Notes: generated by a model not told the origin, from the letters alone. A DNA stretch of 64,000 nt from Anaeromyxobacteraceae bacterium (GCA_032654565.1 JAULAX010000010.1:1-64000), one strand, 5' to 3'. Positions 17,936 through 27,135 are shown, counted from the stretch's first letter. Program-made: numbers and translations.

Positions 17936-18808
17936 CTACCTGGCCAGGTCGGCGTCGGACCTGCCGGCGTCCGGGACGAAGAGCGGCGCGCCGAACTTCT
18001 CGACGCCGAACCCGCCGATGAGCGCCTGCGTCGGCGGCGAGAGCAGGAAGGCGGCGAAGGCCCTGGCCCCGGCGGCGTTCACCTTCGGCCACCTGGCCGG
18101 GCTGACCTGGACCACGTGGTAGACGTTGAGCAGGGCGCCCTCCTTCTCCACCAGCACCTCGAGCGCCAGCCGCCGCCCCTTGCGGAGCGCCAGCCAGGTG
18201 CCGCGGTCGGTGAGCGCGTAGCCGCCCTTCTCCGAGGCCACGTTGAGCGTTTCGCCCATGCCCAGGCCGGTCTGCTGGAGCCACTTCTGGCCCTCGGCGT
18301 GCACGCCGGCCGCCTTCCAGAGCCCCTTCTCCTTGGAGTGCGTGCCGGAGTTGTCGCCGCGGGAGACGAAGAGGGCGCCCGCCGCGGCGATGCGGGTGAA
18401 GGCCTCGCGGGCGGTCCCGGCGCCCCGGATCCGGGCCGGGTCCGCCGCCGGGCCGACCACGACGAAGTCGTTGTGCATGACCACCTGGCGGTCGACCCCG
18501 AAGCCTTCCTCCATGAACTTCAGCTCGTCGGCCGGCGAGTGGACCAGCAGGACGTCGGCCTCGCCGCGCCGGCCCAGGGCCATGGCCTGGCCGGAGCCGA
18601 CCGAGATGGTCTTCACCACCAGCCCGCTCCCCTTCTCGAAGGCCGGCACCAGGACGTCGAGCAGCCCGGAGTCCTGGGTGCTGGTGGTGGTGGCGAGGAT
18701 GATGGTCCTGGCGGCCTCCTCGGCGTGGGCGGCCCGCGGCGCCAGCAGGAGGGCGAGCTCCAGGGAGAGGGCAGCGGCGAGGCGCGCGGGCGCCGGGCGG
18801 TTGGTCAT
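17936..18808 (-). CDS. tupA: Tungstate ABC transporter substrate-binding protein TupA-like
   Basis: LATTTSTQDSGLL, ADVLLVH, FVSRGDNSGTH, YALTDRGT. Confidence 0.88.
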   Translation of the reverse strand: MTNRPAPARLAAALSLELALLLAPRAAHAEEAARTIILATTTSTQDSGLLDVLVPAFEKGSGLVVKTISVGSGQAMALGRRGEADVLLVHSPADELKFMEEGFGVDRQVVMHNDFVVVGPAADPARIRGAGTAREAFTRIAAAGALFVSRGDNSGTHSKEKGLWKAAGVHAEGQKWLQQTGLGMGETLNVASEKGGYALTDRGTWLALRKGRRLALEVLVEKEGALLNVYHVVQVSPARWPKVNAAGARAFAAFLLSPPTQALIGGFGVEKFGAPLFVPDAGRSDADLAR

Positions 18809-18915
18809 GACCTTGGAAAGCTCCGGGCCGTGGAACGTTTAAGGAACAAGTTGACCCATAAGACCACACCTCGGTAGCTTGCGGCCACATCTCCAGCGGA
18901 GGTCGAACCCTCACC

Positions 18916-20073
18916 ATGAATGTTACCCCGATCGTCCTCGCCGTCCTGCTGGGCCAGTCCACGCCGGTCGCAGAGCCCGTCGCCCTCACCGCGCCGGTGG
19001 CCGACACCGTGACGTCGAAGGCCCCGGAGCCGGTCGCCCCGCCTGCGGCCGCCCCGGTCGCGGCGGCCAGGCCCTTCGCACCCAAGGTGACGCCGTACGG
19101 GTTCCTCAACTTCCAGTTCTCCACGCTCGACGCGCCGGCGCCCAGGCCCAACGTGCAGACCTTCGAGTTCCGGCGGGCCCGCATCGGCCTCCGGGGCGAG
19201 GTCACCAGGGAGATCGGCTTCAACGTCATCTTCGACGGCGCCGACAACGCGCTCAAGGACGCCTTCGCCTCGCTCCGCCACCTCCCCGGGCTCGAGGTCA
19301 GGCTGGGCCAGTTCAAGACCACCTTCGGCTACGAGCAGCAGGAGGCCGACACCCGGCTGCTCTGGCTCTACAACTCCTACGCGGTCCAGGCGCTGGCCCG
19401 CGGCCGGGACTCCCGCGACGTGGGGGTCTCCGCGGCCGGGAAGTGGAACGTGGTCGGACCGGTCACCGCGGAGGCGGCCGCCTCGGTCGTCAACGGCGCC
19501 GGGCCGAACGCCAAGGACGACCTGACCGCCAAGGTGGCCTGGGGGCGGGCCGGGGTGGCGGTGGCCCTGGCCGGGATCACCGCGCGGGTGGGGGCCTCCT
19601 ACGCCGACGGCCACCAGGTCGGCTCCCTCGGCGCCGACCTCAAGTTCGGCCTGCAGACCACCGGCCTCGACGACACCTACTTCTACTTCAAGACGGCGGG
19701 CGTCGACCTCACGGTCGACTCGCCCTGGGTGTTCCTGGCCGCGGAGTGGATCCAGTCGAAGCGGCACGTCACCCGCTACACCGCGCCGACAGCCTCGACG
19801 ACCACCGACGTCACGCCCGCCGGCGGGTACGTGGGCGCCTACACCAAGTCGCCCTGGAACGCCGGCCTGGTCCTCCGGGCCGAGCGGGCCCACCTCCAGA
19901 CCAGCGCCGGCACCGCCCTCACCACCGGCTGGAACGAGCGCTACACGGTCGGGGCCTACTACGACGTGGTCCCGGTGGTGGCGCGGGTCGTCGTCAACTA
20001 CGAGGTCGACGAGTCCCCGGTCGCCATCAAGACCGGGGATCGCTTCATCGCCTTCGTGCAGGTGATGTTCTAG
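18916..20073 (+). CDS. Oxyanion-selective (OprO/OprP-like) porin
   Basis: FEFRRARIG, LGQFKTTFGYE, RDVG; terminal Phe. Confidence 0.78.
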   Translation: MNVTPIVLAVLLGQSTPVAEPVALTAPVADTVTSKAPEPVAPPAAAPVAAARPFAPKVTPYGFLNFQFSTLDAPAPRPNVQTFEFRRARIGLRGEVTREIGFNVIFDGADNALKDAFASLRHLPGLEVRLGQFKTTFGYEQQEADTRLLWLYNSYAVQALARGRDSRDVGVSAAGKWNVVGPVTAEAAASVVNGAGPNAKDDLTAKVAWGRAGVAVALAGITARVGASYADGHQVGSLGADLKFGLQTTGLDDTYFYFKTAGVDLTVDSPWVFLAAEWIQSKRHVTRYTAPTASTTTDVTPAGGYVGAYTKSPWNAGLVLRAERAHLQTSAGTALTTGWNERYTVGAYYDVVPVVARVVVNYEVDESPVAIKTGDRFIAFVQVMF

Positions 20074-20156
20074 GGCCCGTGGCGGGGGCGGTGCCGGGCG
20101 CCCGCCGCTCGCCGCCTCTTGCGGCGCCCACGCCCTGCGGCGAAGATTGCCGGCCC

Positions 20157-21023
20157 ATGGCCGAGGTCCTGCTCAACACCACCGAGATCGCCGCCGTGCT
20201 CCGGGTTCACCCGAAGCACGTCTACCGGCTGCTCAAGCGGGGCCTGCCGGCCCGCCGGGTCGGCGCCGAGTGGCGCTTCTCGCAGCTCGACGTGCTGGCC
20301 TGGTCGGGCGGTCGGGCGGTCGCCACCGACGAGCCGGTGGCGACGGCACGCGGGGCCGAGCAGGCCGCCCCGTCGCTGGTGGCGGCCACCGGCGACGTGG
20401 TCATCAGCGTGCTGCTCCGGCTCGCCGCCGAGAAGGGCCCCCCGCTCCTCGGCGTGGTGCAGGCCGACACCGGGACCGCCGCCCGCCTCCTGCGCCAGCG
20501 CGCCATCCTCGCCGCCGGGGCCCACGCCGGCGGCTTTCCCAGCCACGTCGGCGACGACCGGGTGGCCCGCCTCCACCTGGTGGAGCGGGAGGTGGGGCTG
20601 GCCCTCGCCAAGGGGCTGAAGGTCCAGCTCCCCGACCTCGCCGGGCTGCGGCTCGCCTCCCGTCCGCCCAGCGCCGGGATGCGCCATCACCTCGACGAGG
20701 CGCTGCGCGGGGCCGGGCTCGACCCGGAGCGAATCCACCGGAAGGCGCTGGCGCTCGGCTCCAACCTCGAGGTGGCGCTGGCCGTGGCCGCCGGCCGCGC
20801 CGACGTCGGGCTCTGCACCCGGGCCCTGGCGCTCCAGGCCGGGCTCGGCTTCCTGCCGCTGGCGGTGGAGGCCTACGGCCTGATCATCCAGGCGCGCGAC
20901 CTCGGGGACCAGCGCGTGGTCCGGCTCTGCGAGGTGGCGCAGGGCCGCCCGTTCCACGCCGAGGTCGGCGCCATCCCCGGGTACCGGGTGGAAGGCGCGG
21001 GCGACATCCGCTACGACGCCTGA
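20157..21023 (+). CDS. Excisionase-type HTH + molybdate/tungstate-binding PBP-like transcriptional regulator
   Basis: LNTTEIAAVLRVHPKHVYRL...RVGAEWRF; C-terminal VALAVAAGRADVG, GLGFLPLAVEAY. Confidence 0.8.
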   Translation: MAEVLLNTTEIAAVLRVHPKHVYRLLKRGLPARRVGAEWRFSQLDVLAWSGGRAVATDEPVATARGAEQAAPSLVAATGDVVISVLLRLAAEKGPPLLGVVQADTGTAARLLRQRAILAAGAHAGGFPSHVGDDRVARLHLVEREVGLALAKGLKVQLPDLAGLRLASRPPSAGMRHHLDEALRGAGLDPERIHRKALALGSNLEVALAVAAGRADVGLCTRALALQAGLGFLPLAVEAYGLIIQARDLGDQRVVRLCEVAQGRPFHAEVGAIPGYRVEGAGDIRYDA

Positions 21024-21048
21024 CCCGGCGGCCTTCGGTCCGCGCCGC

Positions 21049-22515
21049 TCAGCTCGCCGCGCCGCCCAGCAGCCAGCGCACCGCGTCGGCGGCGGCGTAG
21101 TGGGTCCGGCCGTCGAGGAAGGCGGCCAGGTTGGTCACCTCGTCGCCGCTGGTCAGCAGCGGCGGCTCGATGGCCCCGCCTTCGCGGACCTGGCCGAGGC
21201 CGATGGTGGCGAGCAGGGCGTTGCACAGGCACTGCCGGCCCGGTGTCTCCCCGGCGTCGCCGCCCTTGGCCACGAACTGCTCCTCGGGCTCGCTGGCGCA
21301 GCGGTAGCCGATCCCCTTCTCGCCGCGCCCGTAGGCGTCGCGCAGGTAGCCGAGGTCGCAGACCCGCTTGCGGACCACCCCCTCGGCCGGGTCGCCGTCC
21401 CAGGAGACCAGCTTGAACGGGAACCCGGTGGGGGAGGCGCGCGCCTCGGTGCGGATGCGGACCGTCCCGCGCAGCACGTTCTGCAGCACGCCGCGCCGGA
21501 TCTCGTCGGTGAGCCCCGACTCGTCGGCGTAGGCGAAGAGCGTCCCCACCTGGATGCCGGCGGCGCCCGCCGCCAGCGCCTCGGTGAGCCGCTCCGGCCG
21601 ACCGGCGCTGCCGGCCACCCAGAAGGGGAGGCCGAGCTTGCGGATCTGCTCCAGGTCGACCATGTCGCGAGGGCCGTAGAGCGGCTCGCCGGTCTCCGGT
21701 GAGACGCCGCGATCGCGCGGCGGGGCGTTGTGCCCCCCGGCGGTGGGCCCCTCGATGACGAAGCCGTCGATGCGGCCCGTGGCCTTCTTGAGGAGCATGG
21801 TGGCCAGCAGGTTGCTGGCCACGATGGGGAGGAAGCGCGGCCGCACCACCACCGGCGGCGGCGCGCCCGTCCAGAGGGCGGCCGGGTCGAGGCGCAGGTG
21901 CTCGGCCTGCCCGGGCGCGGCGTCCTCCAGCTCGAGCCGCAGCTGGGCCGGCTGGTGCTTCGCCAGGGCGTCGAGCGCCGCGGGGATCTCTCGCGGGATG
22001 CCAGCGCCCATGATCACGAAGTCGACGCCGGCCAGGATGGCGCCGTAGAGGAAGGCCAGGTTCCCCATCTGGATCTTGGTGAGCAGGTTGATGCCGACCA
22101 GCCCGGCGTGCCCCTCCTTGGCGAGCGTGACCTCGACGAAGGAGGAGAGGACGGAGAACTGGTCCCGGGCCAGCGAGACGGTCTGCTGGTACATGGGCAG
22201 CGGGGTGTAGGGCGCCCCCGGGGCGCGGCCGCCCTCGCGGAAGTGGCGGGCCAGCGCCTCCGCGGCGACCTGGGGGATGGGGAACCTGGCCATGGCCCGG
22301 CGCATGTGGCCGCCCGGGTCGCCGTCCTGGAGCCGGCGGGCCAGCACCGAGTCGATGGCCACGCCCGAGACCACGCCGAGCTGGCCGAGGCGGGAGACGG
22401 CGTTGGCGAGGCGCCAGTTGGAGACGCCGATGCCCATCCCGCCCTGGATGATGACCGGGAGGCGACCTTCCGACGGGGCGGGCTGGCCTGGAGTGGTGGC
22501 AGGGGCGTCTGTCAG
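21049..22515 (-). CDS. Nitronate monooxygenase family (FMN oxidoreductase); start uncertain
   Basis: PVIIQGGMGIGVS, IEGPTAGGH, GIQVGTLF, SPTGFPF; frame is open upstream of the 22437 ATG. Confidence 0.85.
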   Translation of the reverse strand: MTDAPATTPGQPAPSEGRLPVIIQGGMGIGVSNWRLANAVSRLGQLGVVSGVAIDSVLARRLQDGDPGGHMRRAMARFPIPQVAAEALARHFREGGRAPGAPYTPLPMYQQTVSLARDQFSVLSSFVEVTLAKEGHAGLVGINLLTKIQMGNLAFLYGAILAGVDFVIMGAGIPREIPAALDALAKHQPAQLRLELEDAAPGQAEHLRLDPAALWTGAPPPVVVRPRFLPIVASNLLATMLLKKATGRIDGFVIEGPTAGGHNAPPRDRGVSPETGEPLYGPRDMVDLEQIRKLGLPFWVAGSAGRPERLTEALAAGAAGIQVGTLFAYADESGLTDEIRRGVLQNVLRGTVRIRTEARASPTGFPFKLVSWDGDPAEGVVRKRVCDLGYLRDAYGRGEKGIGYRCASEPEEQFVAKGGDAGETPGRQCLCNALLATIGLGQVREGGAIEPPLLTSGDEVTNLAAFLDGRTHYAAADAVRWLLGGAAS

Positions 22516-22803
22516 CGGAGGCTCCGGTGGCCACGTCTTCGCCGCGCCGCGTCAGTGCAGTCGGCCCGTGGTTGGTTGAACCCTAACAGGGACAACTTGT
22601 CGCTGGCCACCACTTCGCCTCGCTGCGCCCCTCGCCCAGGCGAGGAGCCCCTCCACCACCGCCTCGTGAAAAGAGCCGAGCAGACGAACCCTCCCGGCCG
22701 CGACAGGCTCCCAGAAGGAGGGAGCGGCCATCGGGCACGACCCTCCAGGAACTCCCTGGAGGAGGCCGGGCGGGCGCTATGGTGTCGGTCTCGGAGGGAC
22801 ACG

Positions 22804-22986
22804 ATGAGTGCCAACAACGCGACCGGTATCGATCTCTCGGCGAAGGAACTCCGCATCATGGTGCAGTCGCTGGGCAACTGCCTGGCGACCTGCCAGGTGC
22901 ACGCCAGGAAGCCCGACGCGCCGTGCGAAGACTGTGACGCGGCGCGGAGCCTGAAGAAGAAGCTGGAGAAGAAGCTCATCGCGTGA
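22804..22986 (+). CDS. 60-aa hypothetical protein with a Cx3C...CxxC metal-binding pattern
   Basis: MSANNATGIDLSAKELRIMVQSLGNCLATCQVHARKPDAPCEDCDAARSLKKKLEKKLIA; GGAGG RBS; GC3-rich codons. Confidence 0.75.
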   Translation: MSANNATGIDLSAKELRIMVQSLGNCLATCQVHARKPDAPCEDCDAARSLKKKLEKKLIA

Positions 22987-22999
22987 GGAAGGAAAGACC

Positions 23000-23101
23000 A
23001 TGAAGCTGCTGACGAAGGTGAAGCCGGGCTGCTGCGCGCCCGAGAAGACGGCGCAGTGCTGCGCCAAGGCCTCCCGGCTGGTGTCGGGCTGCCACGACTG
23101 A
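23000..23101 (+). CDS. 33-aa Cys-rich peptide, putative RiPP precursor or metal(loid)-binding peptide (absent from the ORF track)
   Basis: MKLLTKVKPGCCAPEKTAQCCAKASRLVSGCHD*; purine-rich RBS GAGGAAGGAAAG; every sense codon ends in G/C. Confidence 0.8.
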   Translation: MKLLTKVKPGCCAPEKTAQCCAKASRLVSGCHD

Positions 23102-23123
23102 GCCGCCGCGCCCCGGAGCGAAG

Positions 23124-23456
23124 ATGACCGCCGTGAAGGAGATCCAGGCCGCCGACTGGCAGCGCGAGGTGCTGGACGCCGCCGAGCCGGTGGTGGTCGA
23201 CTTCTACTCGTCGGAGTGCCCGCCCTGCGAGGCGCTGGCGCCGCGCCTCGAGGCGGCGGCGGCCGCGCTGGCCGGCCGCGCCCGCTTCGTCAAGGTCTTC
23301 CGGCAGGCCAACCGCGAGCTGGCCGTGGAGCTCGGCGTGCTCGGCAGCCCGACGCTCCTCTTCTTCCGCGGCGGCCAGGAGGTGGCGCCGCGCCACACCG
23401 GCGGCCAGATCGGCAGCGGCGCGCTGATCAAGGCGGTCGAGGCGCTGCTGGCGTAG
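23124..23456 (+). CDS. Thioredoxin-family protein (CPPC)
   Basis: VVVDFYSSECPPCEAL, GVLGSPTLLFF. Confidence 0.88.
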   Translation: MTAVKEIQAADWQREVLDAAEPVVVDFYSSECPPCEALAPRLEAAAAALAGRARFVKVFRQANRELAVELGVLGSPTLLFFRGGQEVAPRHTGGQIGSGALIKAVEALLA

Positions 23457-23546
23457 CCGGAGGCCGGGCGCCCCGCGCCGGGACGCCGCGCAGCCCGGCG
23501 TGTCGGAACCCCGGGGGCCGGTTCCTGGCTCCCACCGTGCAACCAC

Positions 23547-24215
23547 ATGACCACCCCAGACGACGCCAGCCCAGCGCACATCGGCCAGGCCGTGGCCGCC
23601 CGCTATACCGGGCTGGCAGCCGGGAAAAGCAACCTCTCCTGCGGCGGCGCCCTGGAGCTGGCGGCGCCGCGCCCGGGCGAGCGGCTGGTCGATCTCGGCT
23701 GCGGCCGGGGCGGCGACCTGCTCCGCGCCGCGGCGCTGGTCGGTCCGGAGGGGCGGGCCACCGGCGTCGACGCCACGCCGCGGATGGTGGCGGCGGCGCG
23801 GGAGCGGACCGCCGGGCTGGCCAACGCCAGCGTGGTGCAGGGCGACCTGGCCGCCGTGCCGCTGCCGGACGGCTGCGCCGAGGTGGTGGTCTCCAACTGC
23901 GCCATCAACCATGCGCCCGACAAGGCGGCGGTCTACCGTGAGGTGGCCCGCCTGCTCGCCCCCGGCGGCCGGCTGGTGGTCTCCGACGTGGTCTCCGAGG
24001 CGGTCCTGCCGGAGTCGGTGCGCTCCGACCCCGCCGCCTGGGCCGCCTGCTACGGCGGCGCCATCCCCGAGGCCGAGTACCTGGCCGCGGTGGCCGCCGC
24101 CGGCCTCGGCGCCCTGCGCGTCCTCAAGCGGAGCGCTCCCTACGAGAAGGGTGGCGTCCGCGTCCTCAGCCTGACCATCGAGGCCCGACGGCCTCTCCCC
24201 GCCACGGAGCCCTGA
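23547..24215 (+). CDS. ArsM-like class I SAM methyltransferase
   Basis: LSCG, DLGCGRGGD, VVSNCAINHAPDK, WAACYGGA: three Cys motifs characteristic of As(III) methyltransferases. Confidence 0.8.
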   Translation: MTTPDDASPAHIGQAVAARYTGLAAGKSNLSCGGALELAAPRPGERLVDLGCGRGGDLLRAAALVGPEGRATGVDATPRMVAAARERTAGLANASVVQGDLAAVPLPDGCAEVVVSNCAINHAPDKAAVYREVARLLAPGGRLVVSDVVSEAVLPESVRSDPAAWAACYGGAIPEAEYLAAVAAAGLGALRVLKRSAPYEKGGVRVLSLTIEARRPLPATEP

Positions 24216-24216
24216 G

Positions 24217-25569
24217 ATGCAGCTCTCCCGACACGCCATCCTCGCCGACGTCCCCGGGCGCGACGAGGTGCTGCTGGTGCAGCCGCTCTCCGGCCAGGCG
24301 GCGCTGCTGCCGCGCGCCTCCGCCGCCGCGCTGCGCGGGCTCCCCGGCCCGCTCCCATCCTCGCTGCCCGAGGCGGACCTGCGCCAGGCCGGCTTCGTGG
24401 TGGAGACGCCCGCCGACGACCAGCGACTTCTGGACGGCGCGCTGGCCACCTGGCGCGCCGAGGCGGCGCTCACCCAGACCCAGCTCATCGTGGTGCCCAC
24501 CTTCGGCTGCAACCTGGCCTGCACCTACTGCTACCAGGAGCTCTTCGACCCGGCCGGCGCCGGGCTCATCACGCCCGAGGCCATCGACGCCTTCTTCGCC
24601 TGGGTGGACCGGCACCACCTCGGCGGCCCGCTCAGGCCCTACCTGACCCTCTTCGGCGGCGAGCCGCTGCGCGACACGCCGGCCCACCACGACCGGATCG
24701 GCCGCTTCCTCGAGGGGGCCCGGGCCCGCCGCATGGAGGCCGCGGTGGTCACCAACGGCCACGACCTGCTGGCCTTCGTCCCGACGCTGGCCGCCGGGCC
24801 GGTCAAGGAGGTCCAGGTGACGCTGGACGGGCCGCGCCCGCTCCACGACGCCCGCCGCCCCCACAAGGACGGCAGCGGCACCTTCGACCGGATCGTCGCC
24901 GGCGTCGACGCGCTGCTCGCCGCCGGGGTGCCGGTCAACCTGCGGGTGGTGGCCGACAAGGAGAACCTGCCCCGCCTGCCCGAGCTGGCCGCGTTCGCGG
25001 CGGCGCGCGGCTGGCTCGACCTGCCGGCGTCGCGGTTCAAGACGCAGATCGGGCGCAACTACGAGCTCTTCGGCTGCGCCAGCCGCCAGGACCGCGACGC
25101 CCTCTTCGACCGGGTCGAGCTCTGGGCCAGCTACCTCGAGCTCTGCGAGGCCCACCCCGTGCTGCGCCGCTTCCACGCCCCGCGCTTCCACGGCATCGGC
25201 CACCTGGCCAGCGCCGGCGAGCTGCCGCCGCCCAACTTCGACGCCTGCCCGGCCACCAAGACCGAGTGGGCCTTCGCTCCCGACGGCGGCGTCTTCGGCT
25301 GCACCGCCACCGTGGGCCACCCGGCCCACCGGCTCGGCACCTTCTTCCCGGTGATGGCTCGCGACGAGGAGGCCATCGCCCGCTGGAGCGGCCGCAGCAC
25401 GCTCACCATCCCGGGCTGCCAGGGCTGTGAGCTGGCCCCGGTCTGCGGCGGCGGCTGCGGCGCCGTGGCCTGGCACCGGACCGGCGCGGCGCTGGAGACC
25501 GACTGCCGGCCGGTGCGCGAGCTCTACGGGCTCGGCGCCCGATACTACGGTTTGGGTGACACGACCTGA
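24217..25569 (+). CDS. Radical SAM / SPASM domain protein (putative peptide maturase)
   Basis: CNLACTYC, GGEPL, QVTLDG; SPASM C...DGGVFGC...CQGCx5Cx3C...C; ~85-aa N-terminal extension. Confidence 0.92.
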   Translation: MQLSRHAILADVPGRDEVLLVQPLSGQAALLPRASAAALRGLPGPLPSSLPEADLRQAGFVVETPADDQRLLDGALATWRAEAALTQTQLIVVPTFGCNLACTYCYQELFDPAGAGLITPEAIDAFFAWVDRHHLGGPLRPYLTLFGGEPLRDTPAHHDRIGRFLEGARARRMEAAVVTNGHDLLAFVPTLAAGPVKEVQVTLDGPRPLHDARRPHKDGSGTFDRIVAGVDALLAAGVPVNLRVVADKENLPRLPELAAFAAARGWLDLPASRFKTQIGRNYELFGCASRQDRDALFDRVELWASYLELCEAHPVLRRFHAPRFHGIGHLASAGELPPPNFDACPATKTEWAFAPDGGVFGCTATVGHPAHRLGTFFPVMARDEEAIARWSGRSTLTIPGCQGCELAPVCGGGCGAVAWHRTGAALETDCRPVRELYGLGARYYGLGDTT

Positions 25570-25590
25570 CCCGGCAGGTCCGGAGGGACG

Positions 25591-26190
25591 CTAGCGCCGG
25601 CGCCCCAGCCCGCGCAGCACGGCGGCGCGCCCCCGGTGGAGCGGCCCCTCGTCGAGCTCGATCTCCTCCTCGCGCAGCACCTCCCAGTCGAGCTCCGGGA
25701 GCTCGCGGCGCAGCGCCTCGGGCTCGTAGAGGGCCTCGACCTGCCGGGTACCGCCGCTCGTGAAGGCGAGCTGCCGCGGCGTGAAGACCTCGGTGATGAA
25801 CAGCCCGCCGGCCACCAGGGCGTCCTGGGCCCGGGTGAGCACCAGCTGGCGGAGCGGCGGGGCCAGGTGGACGAAGATCATCACCACCGCGTCGTAGGAC
25901 CGCGGCGCCGGCAGGTAGGTGGAGAGATCGGTGACCGTGGTCAGGATGGTCACCCCCCGCGCCGCCGCCAGCCGCTGGGCCTTCTCCAGGCCGACGCTGG
26001 AGCCATCCACCGCCTCGACGCGGTGCCCCCGGGTCGCCAGCCAGACGCCGTTGCGCCCCTCGCCCTCGCCGATGGAGAGCACGCGGCTCCCCGGCTGGAG
26101 CCGGCCGGCCTGCGCCTCCAGCCAGACGTTGGGCGCGGTGCCGTAGAGGTAGCCTTCGCCAGCGAAGCGTTCGTCCCAGGGGTTGGTCAT
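25591..26190 (-). CDS. Class I SAM-dependent methyltransferase (TehB-like)
   Basis: WDERF...YLYGTAPN, GEGEGRNG, EGPLHRG. Confidence 0.88.
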   Translation of the reverse strand: MTNPWDERFAGEGYLYGTAPNVWLEAQAGRLQPGSRVLSIGEGEGRNGVWLATRGHRVEAVDGSSVGLEKAQRLAAARGVTILTTVTDLSTYLPAPRSYDAVVMIFVHLAPPLRQLVLTRAQDALVAGGLFITEVFTPRQLAFTSGGTRQVEALYEPEALRRELPELDWEVLREEEIELDEGPLHRGRAAVLRGLGRRR

Positions 26191-26201
26191 GGTTCCTCGG
26201 T

Positions 26202-27135
26202 TCAGGGCAGCACCAGCCAGGCGGTGAGCGGGAAGGTCAGCACCCCGACCAGCGTGGAGAGCAGGATGGTCGCCGAGACGCGCTCGGGCGCCGCCTCGAA
26301 GCGCTGGGCGAAGACGAAGGCGTAGGCCGCGGTCGGCAGGGCCGCCAGCAAGGTGCCGGCAGCGACGGCGTCCGTTCCGAGCCCGGCGGCGCGCAGCAGC
26401 ACCCAGGCCAGCGCCGGGTAGAAGGCGAGCTTGGTCGCCACCAGCCCGAGCACCGGCCTCCAGCCCTGCCCGAGCCGCTGGCCTGCCAGCGTGCCGCCCA
26501 GGGCGAAGAGGGCCACCGGCCCCGCCGAGCCGCCCAGGAAGCTGAAGAGCCGGTCGACCGGGCCCGGCAGGCGCGCGCCGAGGAGCCCCAGCGCAGCGCC
26601 CGCCGCCACGCCGAGGACGATGGGGTTGAGCAGGGTGGCCCGGGCCAGGACGCCGGCGAGGCCGCGCCGGGCGCCGCCGCGCCGCTGCCCCAGCCCCATG
26701 CAGGCGAGCCCGATCGGCATGAGGATCCCCACCTCGGCCAGGATCACCATGGCGATGGGGCCGGTGGCCCGCTCCCCGACCACCGCCAGCATGAGCGGCA
26801 CGCCGAGGAAGGCCTGGTTGCCGCCGGTGGCGGCCTGGGCGTGCGAGCCGGCCACGGCCAGGCCCGCCCGCCCCAGGGTGGCGGTCAGCGCCGCCACCAG
26901 CAGGAACACCGCCAGGCCGGCGGCCAGGAAGGCGGCGAAGAAGCGCGGCTGGAAGGACTGGCCCGAAGGGCTGGCGCGCCAGCATGGTGATCATCAGCGC
27001 CGGCAGCGCCAGGTTGAAGGCGTAGGCGGCGAAGGCCACGAACCCCTGCGGCGCCACCAGCCGGAGCCTGGCCGCGGCGAAGCCGAGCGCCACGACGGCG
27101 AAGATGGGGGCGCTGGTGAGGAAGAAGTGGAGCAC
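26202..27135 (-). pseudogene. AEC (auxin efflux carrier)-family transporter with a +1 frameshift near 26963
   Basis: N-terminus PIFAVVALG...NLALPAL in one frame; GNQAFLGVP, NPIV and LPTA in another. Removing one base of the CCC run at 26962-26964 joins them. Confidence 0.8.

Noticed and set aside
18809..18915. Moco/Wco riboswitch before tupA or the porin
   Set aside because: Spacer is short and I see no Moco-motif core.
23099..23140. Selenocysteine read-through of the peptide TGA
   Set aside because: No convincing SECIS hairpin, and the downstream thioredoxin is in a different frame.
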